A DNA stretch of 62,973 bases, the filler included, from Reclinomonas americana ATCC 50394 (Eukaryota): assembly GCA_048213135.1 (NCBI GenBank). It is 3 parts of 3 records of this genome, joined end to end, with 100 filler letters (N's around TTAATTAATTAA, not from the genome) between each part and the next. Parts side by side here need not be neighbours in the genome. Positions count along the whole stretch, not along the records: positions 18,356 to 44,852 come from PS015469.1; positions 44,953 to 62,973 come from PS015470.1; 1 more part is not named here. One strand, given 5' to 3'. The notes beneath the pieces are model-generated. The model searched no databases. It was given only the letters and a program-made list of their open reading frames with translations, and was not told the origin of the DNA. Below, piece by piece: positions 36,763 to 50,400 of the stretch. Numbering within the stretch: the first letter of the stretch is position 1; every line of letters starts with the position of its first letter. The position numbers and the translations under genes were made by a program.

Positions 36763-39700
36763 TTAGGGCCGAGATGAGTCTCCGCCGCCTCCGTTGAGAG
36801 AGGTGTGGTGGTAGTAATCGCCGTGGCCGGCTGCTGCCGAGGCAGGCCGTGGTGAGTCGATTTCCAAGCGCAGCGGCGTGTAGCCGGACTTCTCCAGCTG
36901 CCGTCGTCGATACGCCACCACGAATGGCCATATGGCGAGGAGCATGAGGGCGCCGCCGAGGCCCACCATGCACCATGGTACGATCTGCCAAGAAATTAGA
37001 CAAACTGCTTGCTGGCGCTTCATGCGTGCGTGCGTGCGCGGCTCACCTGGCGCATCTTCATGGCCAGCCCGAGAGAGTTGTTCCACTTGTTAATCAAGAA
37101 CTCGTCGGCACCGCCCGACTGCGAGACCCAGAAGATGGGATAATACACGTGTGGAATGTTCTTGCCGCGCGCCGGGAAGTCCACGTCGCTAAAGGTGTAG
37201 TACGGCGGGATCTGCACCGACGTCTGCAGCTTCTTGTCGGCGAAGAACGCTGTGCGTCGGCGAGTCAGTCCCTATTTTCACCCCTTCTCTTCCCTCACGA
37301 CGCAACTCTTGCCGGTGATGGGCTCGACCTTGATTACACTCTCGTCGAGCACCTTATCCGGTTCCGCAATGCCCGTGACACCGGCGCGCGTGATGGGGTC
37401 GGAGTCTAACCAGTGCGGCTTGGATAACACGACCGACGCTGCAGAGGCATCGCATCGTCAGCAAACCTCCGCTCTCTCTCTCTTCCCCTCTTCCGTCCAC
37501 CCTCAGTGACGGGACGCAACATGCGTACATGCCGGAGAGATTGCCGACGCCAGGCACGAATTGGTTGAAGCCAGGGTCGAGTTGGAGCAGCGCGGGATCG
37601 AGTCCATACTCGAACACGCGAATGCCCTCGATCTCCGACTCGCCAGTCTTGACAATCGAGCCCACACGCATAATGTCGTACACAAAGCCCCACAGACGTT
37701 GCGCATCGGGATCCTCGTTGCCGTCAATGTCCACCAGGAATGGTTGATTCTGCAAACCGTCTGTGCCATTGTAGTACTGCGACGGAAGCGCGTCAGCTAT
37801 CCCGCACGCAGGGAAGGCAGGGTGTGATCGACTGATTACCTGCACAGTGGGATAGAATGCCTCGGGGACGTGATCGCTTCCGTTCCACATCATGTACTGC
37901 CATGTGTTCTTGTAGTCGCCGACACCGGTGCCCATGATGGAGTCGCCCTGCGTTGCACGCGCCTCGGCCACCGATGTGTGATTGAGCATGAGACTGCACG
38001 GCTGCAGGGTGATGCGATCGATGCAATCGTACAGCCACTCGTGGACCTGCGCGCACACACACATGTCACGCACTATTCGCTCGGCTCGAGACGCACTCTG
38101 CGGCACACTCACCGAGCGCGTGACAAACATGTTGGTGTTGCGATCGCCGTCCATGAACCACACCACCGCATGGTATGCCTGTGAGCAGTAGTCCAGGATG
38201 GCGGCACGATCCAGTTCGTTCAGGCGCGGCCATGCGGGGTCCCACGCAGTTGTGGCGCTCTTGGCGAACTTTTCAAACTCTGCAACGCGTCATGAGTCTC
38301 TGCCACCACTCGTCCCACACACAAGGGGAACAGCGCAACTGACGACATCCCAGATACCGGTGGGCGACAGGAGCTGCTTGCTGTCGGCCACGGAGATCTT
38401 GAGCGTGCCCAACTTCGCGGCCGCGCAATCGGCAAACGACAACACAATGCCGGGGTACTGCTGGTCGAGATGCAAGACGACATTTCTGCGACATTGAGCG
38501 CATAGTTAGTGGTCCGGCACCCCCTTTAGCACCGAGGAAGGGCTGCGTGGTACGCAACTCGAATCCAGGGAACACGGTGCCGTGACCCCACTGCGCATAC
38601 GCCAAGTCGTCCATGGTCTGAATACCATTGTCGCCGACTTTGACGCGGAAGTAGCCGACCATCCACGATTCAAATGTGGCACCAAAGTCCACGGAGCGCA
38701 ACCAGTTGCACATGTCTTGCATCTGCGTGCCCGACAAGTTGAAGGCGTCGTAGATGACCGCTGCAAAAGGAGAGGCATGTTGAGCACGAGGTGCGCACAC
38801 TTACAAAAAAACCATCATGTCGCCATCCGTGTACGCACTCTGCGAGGCGGGATCGTTGTCGTAGCAGGCCTTGGTCCACGTCGCTGCGCCAGTCTCACTG
38901 AAAGGAGACGCCGGCACTGCAGGGTTGACCATGCCGGTGGCCACGTTGAGCGACAGATTTGCACCCGTGGCCAGTCCATCAAAGTACGGCGCGCAGGTGG
39001 AGGCCGGCGGCAGGAACAGGTCGCATTCGCTCAGGTTGCGGAAGGGCACGGTGGCAAAAATTGACAGCAGCCGGTCACTACAGATATCGTGAGCGAATAG
39101 GAGGGGACAGTGTGAGGATTGATTGGCACACGCAACGTCATCTCCTGATCGCCGTTGGCGTGATAGTACTGCGCGGCGGCATCCCATTTCTGCTGCAGGA
39201 AGACCCAGCGCACGTTGGTTCGCAGTGGTTTGCGGAAGGTCTCCGACTGATACAATTGCAGAATGAGGCGGGTGACAGGCCCCACCGAGCCAATGAGACA
39301 GATGAATTCCTCCCCGTACGCTCGCCACAGACATCCGGCGTGAACTGACACGCGCACGACAAATACGTCAGCGTGCGAGACGAGAAATAACGCAGTGAAT
39401 CGGAGACACGCAACTCTGGTTGGCGTTGACAAACATGTCGTACTCGGAGCCGACGGAGAGATCCTCGCGAAACATGAAGCGCTGATACGTGAAATACTTG
39501 ATCCACGTCTTGGTCGCCGACACCACAATGCGTTCGCGCTTCCATCTGCCATTGCCCCACGGTGAGCGCACACCCCCCAATCAATCCACAGCAGCATGCA
39601 CTATCGACGCAACTCAAACACATACGGGCCCTTCTCCTCAAAATGCGGCTCCGCCCCGTGATGCAGCATGTCGTCGACATTGGTCAGATTGAACATGTGA

Positions 39701-40440
39701 TCTGCGGAGAGACGAGCGAATAAGACACAAAGAGGGGGACAAAGAAGGAAGCACAAACACGCAACACTTGTAGAACACAGGCGCCGTGTGGTGATCATTC
39801 TCGTCGACATTGTAGTTGTACAGCCTGTCACACCAAAGCGGGTGGTGATGCAAACACTCAATTCCTTATAATTCCTCCCAACCGACGACACACTGCGCAC
39901 CTCTCACACACCCCTCTCGCACCCTCACACACAAGCACACACACACACACACACACACATTCACACACACTGCCGTCTAACAAGCTCCCGATATACACTC
40001 TAATCCCGACGGGCAATCAAGGAATAATCGCACACACAAAGAGTCGCGACGACACACTCCACACAAACACGCTAACGCACACACAGACACATACACACAC
40101 ATGAACACAAAGGAGCAGGAGGGGAAAAACACAAAACGCGGAAACACAAACAATCAATTCCTCACAAACCCATGCCTCCACACACACAAAGACAAAGCGC
40201 ATGCTGTCTCTTTCTCTCTTCCGCCCCCACTGTGTCTCTCTCTCTTTAGCACGCATTGCTCACTCACCACGACTGATATCCATCAGTGCCCGGCACCACC
40301 AACACATTCTCCTCGACACCCGCTGTGATAAGCACCGGAAAGAGCCAGTAGTACGACACAAAGCCCAAGGCAAACAGCAGCATGCCGCTCAGTGTCAGCG
40401 TGAAGCCGCACCAGAAACATCCGCGCGCGCGGAACTTCAT
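36763..40440 (-). CDS. CD36/LIMP-2 (class B scavenger receptor) family lysosomal membrane protein
   Basis: N-terminal TM, MFNLTN, FEEKGPYVFE, NGTDG, DLEPITG, YPIFWV, C-terminal TM and cytosolic GYTPL motif (36871-36885). Confidence 0.88.
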
Positions 40441-40623
40441 CTTTCTCACACACTCACTCACTCACACACTCTCTCTCTGCTGCTCTTCTGTTGCGCACAC
40501 ACTTGCACACTGTGTCTCCTGTGTGTGCGTGTGTGCTGTCGTGCCTCACAGCTGCGACGAGAGAGTGGACAGAGTGCGCGAGCCCACCAATTGAAGTCGA
40601 AAGTCACTCACTTTGGGCGACAA
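40441..40623. promoter_or_regulatory. Putative bidirectional promoter between the CD36-like gene and TOP3B
   Basis: Divergent start codons 183 bp apart; inferred from layout only. Confidence 0.5.
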
Positions 40624-41497
40624 ATGTCGCGCCCACTGGTGCTGATGGTGGCAGAGAAGCCATCGATTGCCGAGGTTCTTGAGAGTGTGTCTCTTCTCTC
40701 TCTCTCTCTCTCTGCTGTACGGCCAAGGCGGATGTACGGTACAGCAAGAAACAAAAAAACCATACATGTCGCCATCCGTAGTACGCACTCTGCGAGGCGG
40801 GATCGTTGTCGNNNNNNNNNNNNNNNNNNNNNNNNNNNNNNNNNNNNNNNNNNNNNNNNNNNNNNNNNNNNNNNNNNNNNNNNNNNNNNNNNNNNNNNNN
40901 NNNNNNNNNNNNNNNNNNNNNNNNNNNNNNNNNNNNNNNNNNNNNNNNNNNNNNNNNNNNNNNNNNNNNNNNNNNNNNNNNNNNNNNNNNNNNNNNNNNN
41001 NNNNNNNNNNNNNNNNNNNNNNNNNNNNNNNNNNNNNNNNNNNNNNNNNNNNNNNNNNNNNNNNNNNNNNNNNNNNNNNNNNNNNNNNNNNNNNNNNNNN
41101 NNNNNNNNNNNNNNNNNNNNNNNNNNNNNNNNNNNNNNNNNNNNNNNNNNNNNNNNNNNNNNNNNNNNNNNNNNNNNNNNNNNNNNNNNNNNNNNNNNNN
41201 NNNNNNNNNNNNNNNNNNNNNNNNNNNNNNNNNNNNNNNNNNNNNNNNNNNNNNNNNNNNNNNNNNNNNNNNNNNNNNNNNNNNNNNNNNNNNNNNNNNN
41301 NNNNNNNNNNNNNNNNNNNNNNNNNNNNNNNNNNNNNNNNNGTACGACGTACGTACGTACGACGTACGTACGTACGTACGTACGTACGTACGTACGTACG
41401 TACGTACGTACGTCGTACGTACGTCGTACGTCGTCGTACGTACCGTACGGTACGTACGTACGTACGTACGTACGTCGTCGTCGTCGTCGTCGTCGTC

Positions 41498-41573
<76 letters not shown>

Positions 41574-44500
41574 TTGCTCACTCGTGCCTGTTGCAGAGCA
41601 TTGCACGCATCTTGAGTGAGGGACAAGTTACGCGCGCTCTCCTCTCCCCTTCTCACTCCTCGTGTGTGGTTGCTGAGCAAGTGGGAGACTGCGTAGTTTC
41701 ATCGTCGATCGGGTGTGTCGCCTTCTGCGCCTGTGTTTGAGTTCCCGGGAGAACTGCGTGGCGAGAGAGTCATGTTTCGCATGACGTGTGTCTGCGGTCA
41801 TGTGTACAAGACCGACTTCCCGCCTGCGTATCAGGTTGCAGTGACTCCTCTCTGTGCATCTGTGTGCGTCGTTGTTTAGTTGCGCTCATTTGGTGGTGGC
41901 AACAAAAGGCATGGGATCGAGTGGATCCTCTGGACTTGTTCTCGGCACCCGTGCAAAAGGAGGAGTCGACGCCGTCGCTGCACATGCCAAAGCATCTCAG
42001 CAAGGAGGCCAAGGGCTGCGATTACCTTGTTCTGTGGCTCGACTGCGATCGCGAAGGCGAGAATATTTGCTTCGAGGTCATGGAGAACGCGCTGCGCAAG
42101 ATGAACACGGGAGGCTCCAAGCAGCGCGTGTTTCGTGCTCGCTTCTCGGCCATCTCTGCGCCCGATATCCGTCGCGCCATGGCGAATCTCGTGCAGCCGA
42201 ATCACAATGAGGCGCTGGCGGTGGATGCGCGACAGGAGATCGATCTCAAGGTCGGCGTCGCGTTTTCTCGCTTCCAAACGCGCTTCTTCCACGGTGAGCT
42301 GTGCCTGCGTGCGAGTGCAGCCGTGCGACAGCGTGTCTCCAACTCATTCCTTCTGGCAGGCAAGTACGCCAACTTGAATTCGCTGGTCCTGTCGTACGGA
42401 CCGTGCCAGACGCCGACACTCGGCTTTTGCGTCGAGCGGCACGACCAGATTCAGCAGTTCACTCCAGGTTGCGTGCCATCTTCCATCTCATCCCGTCTCG
42501 ACGACGCTCATGCAATGCTGATGCACACAGAGAGTCACTGGACGGTGGTTCCCGTGCTAAAGAAGAATGGACAGGAGGTGTTGCCGGAGTGGAGCCGCGG
42601 TCGTGTGTTTGATCGCAAGATCGGTGCCACCTTCCAGCACATTGTGTCGGAGGCGCGCGCTGCCAAGGTCTTTCCCCCATTTCTACGTGGCGCTCCCGTG
42701 TCGCGCCAGTGCATGCTGATTATTTTGTCGTGATGCAGGTGCTGACAGTGACGAAAAAGGATGGCAAGCGACCGCGCCCCGCCGGGCTGAACACGGTCGA
42801 AATGCTGCGCATGGCTTCGTCGTTTTTGCGCATGGGTCCACATCACGCGATGCAAGTGAGTTCCCTCCCTGTGCATGCTACTCTCTCGATGTCTGAGGGA
42901 CTCATGACGTGCTCTTTTGGTGGCAGTTGGCCGAGCGCCTGTACATCTCGGGCTACATCTCGTATCCGCGCACGGAGAGCACACACTATCCGGACCATTT
43001 CGATGTGGCTGGCACGCTGCGTCTGCAGCGCGATCATCCAATCTGGGGCGATTTTGTGGTGTCACTGCTGCGGGTGCGTCTTTCCACCGAGGTCTGAGTG
43101 GTTGGTATACACTGACAGCGTGGTGTGTGCCAGGGGGGCATTGAACGACCGCGGTCCGGTGAGGACAAGGGCGACCACCCGCCGATCACGCCCATGAGAC
43201 CAATCGATGACTCCGTGCAGGTGAGGGGTGCTTGCGCAGAATGTTTCGCTGGCATGCTTCTCACTCATGCGCGCAGGGCGATTCCGCCCGCCTGTACGAT
43301 TGCATCACGAGGCACTTTATCGCCTCCTTCTCCGGCGACTGTTGCGTGCGCATTGCTTCATCAGTATCTTTGTGCATATGTGCGTGGATAAAGGCTGAGG
43401 CCAGAGTCGCACGCAGGCCGATACACCAAGACCAAGGTCACCTTTGAGCTCGGTGGTGAGACATTTCTCCTCAGGTGCGCACGTCGTCTCCTTTGCTTCC
43501 TCCACGGTACCACTCTGAAGAGATAATTGCAGCGGCAAGATCGTGCACGATCCGGGTTTCGTGGCCGTGCTGCCGTGGACCAATGTGGAGGAGCAGACGG
43601 TGCCGGCGTTTGAGGTGAACGAGATGGTGCCGTGCCACGAGGTCCTGCTGCGCGAGGGCGAGGTATGGACGCGTGCACGCGGAGCTGCACTGTGCGAGTA
43701 CTCACTCGGTGCTGTTGTGGCAGACTGGACCGCCGGAGAACCTAACCGAGTCCGAGCTCATCAGCTTGATGGAGAAGCACGGCATTGGAGTTGCGTGCGC
43801 TCAGTCTGCGTGTTCGTGCATTCGATAAGTATCGTTTCTGATGGCGCGACCACGATGACTAGACCGATGCCTCGATTCCGACCCACATTGAGAATGTTGC
43901 GTTGTCGTCGCATGCTCTGTGTTCTTTGTGCTTTTCTCATTGCCGCGTGGGAGTAGATTTGCAAGCGCAATTACGTGACGGTGGACGAGAGCACCCGCAT
44001 GCTGATGCCGACCAAGTTGGGCATTCTGCTCTCGCACGGCTACTATCGAGTTTCGTTGATGTCCTCATCAGTTCAGCTGACATCTCTATTCATCGACTTG
44101 TGTGTGTGTGCACATGTAGATTGATCCGGATCTCGTCCTTCCCAAGGTCGGTCAACTGGGCGTGTGCGTTTTCACGATTGTCTGTGAGTACATACTCACC
44201 GCTTCCACAGGTTCGCACGCACATTGAGCAGACCATCGATCTCATCGCCTCGGGAGAGGCGTCCTTTGAGGTGGTGGTGGAGCATGCACTGGAGGTTGCG
44301 CACCCCTGCCACTGCCTCCACTGCCACTTCCCCTGCACTCAGCGCGTGCGATGTCGCGTTGCAGACCTTTGCCGGCAAGTTCGCCTACTTTGTGGCCAAC
44401 ATTTCGCGCATGGACGAGCTGTTCGAGAGCGTATTCTCCACCATTGCCGAGTCTGGCCGGCCGTTCTCGCGTTGCGGCAAGTGCCGTCGGTACATGAAGT

Positions 44501-44852
44501 ACATTGCCAGCAAGCCTCCACGACTGCACTGCCCCGAGTGCGACGATCTGTACGCGCTGCCCATCATGGGTGTCATCAAGGTTTCGTCTCGCATACGCTT
44601 TGCTCACAGAGCGCAGGCATGCACTGACTTGTAGCGCACGCACAGCTGTTCGAGGACAACACTTGCCCGCTGGACGGTTTCCAGCTGCTGATGGTCAGTG
44701 GCGGCCCCCAAAGCAAGTCGTTTCCGTTTTGCCCGGCCTGCTTCAACAATCCGCCATTCGAGGGCAAGAAGGGTTTGTTGCCATCTCGTCACTCCATGCT
44801 CCCTCTCGCCGCTCACATCCATGCGCAGCCATGGCATGCAACGAGTGCATCC
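40624..44852 (+). CDS. TOP3B: DNA topoisomerase III beta; 3' end truncated
   Basis: VLMVAEKPSIA, LWLDCDREGENICFEV, VDARQEIDLKVGVAFSRFQT, SYGPCQTPTLGF, GYISYPRTEST (catalytic Tyr), MEKHGIGTDAS and C-terminal CxxC zinc ribbons. 19 introns traced by hand. Confidence 0.96.
41342..41569. repeat. (TACG)n/(TCG)n low-quality run followed by (CT)n microsatellite, inside TOP3B intron 1
   Basis: Directly visible next to a gap; TACG equals the 454 flow order. Confidence 0.85.
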
Positions 44853-44896
44853 NNNNNNNNNNNNNNNNNNNNNNNNNNNNNNNNNNNNNNNNNNNN

Positions 44897-44908
44897 TTAA
44901 TTAATTAA
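44897..44908. other. Artificial six-frame-stop spacer (scaffold concatenation linker)
   Basis: TTAATTAATTAA embedded in N runs. Confidence 0.92.
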
Positions 44909-45038
44909 NNNNNNNNNNNNNNNNNNNNNNNNNNNNNNNNNNNNNNNNNNNNTGCAGGGGAAGAGAGGGCACAACACAAAACAATCAGCAACAGGATTTC
45001 AAAAAAAAACAAAACAAAACTGAATGGTGTGCCTACTA

Positions 45039-46314
<1,276 letters not shown>

Positions 46315-46526
46315 TGCAAGACAAGTGTGATAATCTCCGTCTTGTAACGGTCTCATCAATCTCCCGCCATTTGGCTTCGCACTTTTTCTTTGCCACTCCC
46401 GCGTGCGCGATGCTCGGCCGCTGAGCCTCTGAGTTGCACGACGCTTTCTGTTGGTGGTGCAACGCATACACACGCATACACGCACGCAAGAAGAACATTC
46501 TACTCTTGTGAAATCATCTTCACATC

Positions 46527-47430
46527 ATGGACGTGCTGCGACAAGTACTTGGTGAGTGGCCACTGCTCTCTTTCTCTCCCTTTTCCCTCTCTCTTTCTCT
46601 TTCCCGTGTTCCTGCACACGCGCGCTTGTCTGTTGCAAGTGCGTGTGTGACATGCATGTCAATGTCTCTCCCTTTTTTTTTTCTACTTGCACTTCCCTCT
46701 CTCTTGCCTGCACGGTTCCATGTCAAGCAGATTGCTGCACTATTATACATTGTGTGCGGACAATCACAGATGGTTAACCAAGAATAGCGTGATGCGAACA
46801 TATAGCACGCGCAAGTCACTCGAGATTGTGTGTGGGTTTTCCGGGGTGGACACTCAGTTTTTTCTGTGTGTCTCTCCGGGGCCCCATCAGTGTTCCTTGT
46901 ACCACGTGTGCATCACTGGTGATGCGCTTTCTCCCTGATTGTGGCCTGACATTCTTTTCACAACAATCTCTCTCTCCTCTTTGTTGCTGTGTTGTTGTTT
47001 GTTGCTCATGCATGCATTCGTGTGAAATGCAGGATGGATTGACGCGTTTGCTTTCGGGCAGTCGCGCTGGAGTGCCGCCAGTCTTGTTGCTGTGATTGGC
47101 GCCTTTCTGGTTCATCGATGGCTCGGCACGTGGCGTCGTGGATCTGCTGCCTCAGCAATGCCGCCGACGGCCACGACCAGTGTCGGGCGACGCATTCTCA
47201 GTGGTCTCTTTGAGGTACTGCCTCCTCCCCCTCCTGGTCCATTCTCCCGCCCCTCACACACACGCACGTCCCCGCAGTCGCCACTGTTTGACGACGATGA
47301 GGAGCTGAAGCTCAAGCCGGTGGCGGTGCACACGTATGTGTATGTGCATCCGACGCACCACAATGAAGACGGCGTGTTTGTGCGACTGCTGGTGGAGAAC
47401 ACCAGTGAGCTGGCGACACATGAGCGCTGA
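46527..47430 (+). CDS. Small hypothetical protein with one hydrophobic segment
   Basis: MDVLRQVL|gtgagt ... WIDAFAFGQSRWSAASLVAVIGAFLV ... GVFVRLLVENTSELATHER-TGA; model inferred. Confidence 0.4.
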
Positions 47431-47474
47431 GAGCAATGAAATGAAATGTGAATTGTGGATTTGTTTTTAATTGA

Positions 47475-50400
47475 CTATGTTCTCCTCCTCTTCTCGGGTG
47501 GCTCCGACGTCGGTGCCGCGGACCCGACTGGCGCGCGCTTCCGAGTGGATCCAAGCAGAGACACTCCACTGCTTCCCCCTCCACCCCCTTGCCCGGTCAG
47601 CGTGGAACTGGCGCTGCCGCCCGACGACGAAGAGCCGTACGACGATGACGAGCCGGCAGAGGTTGGCGACGGCACGCCCTGCGTGGCCACATTCCAGCCG
47701 TACGGATTCTGTCTGCGCGCCTCACTGTTGGCCGTGCTTACCACGGACACCGGCAGCTCCAGCGCACGCTCACGGCAGCCCTCCAACACACGCCACAGTC
47801 GTGAGACCATGCGTTCGCGGTCTGTCGATGGCGGTGGACCAAAGCGCACAGGCGTTGCGGCGGCCGATGGCGCAGTCACTGTTTGCTGCTTGGCGGCGCC
47901 CACCAGCAACTTGGAGATGATGGTGGGAGGCGTGGCGGCCGCCGGCGTCGGTGTTGTCGCGCTGAGATCCGGTGTGCCGCGGGCGACCGAAAGAGCTGCC
48001 GGCGTCTGTGGACCTCGAATCAGCGCCTGCGTCTTGCTGCTCTTGCGACCGACCGCCGAAGAGGACGCCCCCGACATGCTGCTGCCGCCGACCACGGACA
48101 TTTTGCGCGGATGATTCTTGGCGCCCTTGCCGGCTGGCCAGCCTCCACCGTCGCCACCGGGAGTGAGCGCTCCTTGCCCACCAGCCCCAGTTCCCTGCGA
48201 TCCCGAGTTCCCCACACCGCCACCGTTCGCAGACGCCAGCGCCAGAGTCGCCTGGCAAGAAGAGAAATTTAGTGCAGTGGTCGACGTGTGAACTGTGTGT
48301 GTGGGTGTGCACAAACCTCACGAAAGGCAGCATCTCGCGCCAGGGCCACGGCGGCTCGCCGCTGACGACGAAGGTCGCTAATCTTCACATTTTTGTCGGC
48401 CAACTCGGTCGCGGCGGCAAACACCTCCCACGCCCCCACAATGCTGTCGAAGCCGTCGGAGACTTTCGGCGCCACATGCTCTCCCGCGCGCAGCACGACT
48501 GTCGCGCCACCCGCGTGCACATACAGCAAGTGCAACAACTGGACGCCGAGGGCGGAGCACAGCGAGTGCATTGTGTGTGCGCGCGGTGCTGCCAGCAGTC
48601 GGAACAGCATCTCCGCCTGCGTGCTGGTGCCGCTGGCGGAGCCGCAGCTGTCGTCCGCGCCGAGCTCACCACACAGAACCCACGACGGCACCGCAAACGG
48701 CTGCACTAGCGACAGCACGGGAGCCGTGACTGCGGCAAGGCACGTGCACATGGCCTCAAACGACAGCGTCAACCACGTCTGCTGCTCCAACTCCACAAAT
48801 GGCTCCGGGGTCGACAGCAGCGGACGCAACTGGAGAGAGAGCGCAAGAGTAGAGTGAGACGCCACCCACAAACCAATCACAGGCGCACACCAAGCAACTC
48901 ACCAGCGCCAACTCGAGAAACACGAGGTGAGCGAGATACGTCAAGCTGTCGTCGAGCACATGCTCGCTCTCATCCGTGACCGCCGACGCACACAGTTCGG
49001 TAGCGTGATCGTGCAGCGCTTGCGCCACATGACCCAACGTCGGTCGCAGCATCTCCAGCGGCGTACCAGCAGTCAGCGTACGCGCCCATGCAGCGAGCGC
49101 GGCCGATGCCACTTCACGGCAGCCGGGGATGCCGGTCGAGTCGTCGCGATGCCTACACCACGATAGTTAGCGACATTTGCACGGTGTGCACAGGCACACA
49201 CTAGCAGAGTCGGTGTACGCACGGCAATTCAGCGCTTTCCTCCACCGGCGGGCACACGGCAAGTTGCACAAGGTACGACAGCGTCTCCGCCGGCGAGCAA
49301 TTCAGTTGCTTGAGAGCACTGACAAGCGCGTGTGCCATCGAGCCCGGCAGCGACAGACTCAACGATTTCCACAGGTGCGGCACAAACGGTCCCTGCGGGA
49401 GTGATTTGCGTTCAGAAGAGAGCAGGGAAAGGCACGGAAAGTTGTGATTGTCTCGCCACACCTCCTGCTCTGTGGCTTGTACGGCACGCCACACCAGACG
49501 ACGGGCACGCCAGCAACCGCGCGCGCACAACAATATCGTTTCGCTGACGGAGGCGACAGAGTGCCCGAGCTGCAACGGGACGAGACCTGACAGCGCCGTG
49601 ACAACTCGCGGAGCCACTACGTTCGCACAGTGGTACAGTGGTGAGAATACTGCGCACAGACACACACACACTCTCTCTCTCTCTTGCCTCCCTCACCGTC
49701 GTGATGCGATGACTCGACCAGTGCAGTGACTGCGATCTGCGTCAAATCGGCCAGCACTTCCGGCGACTCGTTGGAGCACTGACCGCCCCGCATGCAGGCC
49801 ACGGCCAACTGGCACTGTTGGCAATAATAAGAAAAAGAACAAAGTGAGCAGACACGCATCACAGACGGTGTGAAGGCCAAACGCACCACCAGCGGATGTG
49901 ACATGTCACACGGAGCACTGTTGTCGACACGCCAGTCCAACACATGCTTGCTGCTCAAGAAGGCACTGGCCACGTCGGCCAACAGGCGCACTTGCACCGC
50001 CGCCAGCAATCGGGAGTCGACGAGAACCGGTCGCAGACACACACTCCACCATGTGCCACGACTCATGCCGGCCGCCAGCCGCAGACCAACCAGCCATGTC
50101 CAGAACGCCGCGTACTTTTCAATCGACTGTGGCGTCGCACAGCACCGCGATGAATACAAGAGACGAGATGGGCGAGACAGCATCGCACGGGGCACAGCAC
50201 CTGGCTAAAGAGTCGCACGGCGAGATCAGTAATCGCAGCGGCCACTTGTTCACGCAGTCGTAACCTGTAATCGGTAGGCAACTAACAACACGTCGCAACT
50301 CAACAGTCAGCAGCAGCCACACACACACACCCCACACACACACACACACATACACACAGACAGACAACACTGACCTCGCCGCTACCCGCAGTGGCACCAT

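Noticed and set aside
40717..40811. Copy of CD36 sequence (~38800-38860) inside TOP3B intron 1
   Set aside because: Degraded copy with extra bases ending at a gap; likely a chimeric or mis-joined read end rather than a real duplication.
41342..41498. (TACG)n array resembling a satellite or telomere
   Set aside because: Matches the 454 flow order, sits beside a gap and runs into a microsatellite; most likely read noise.
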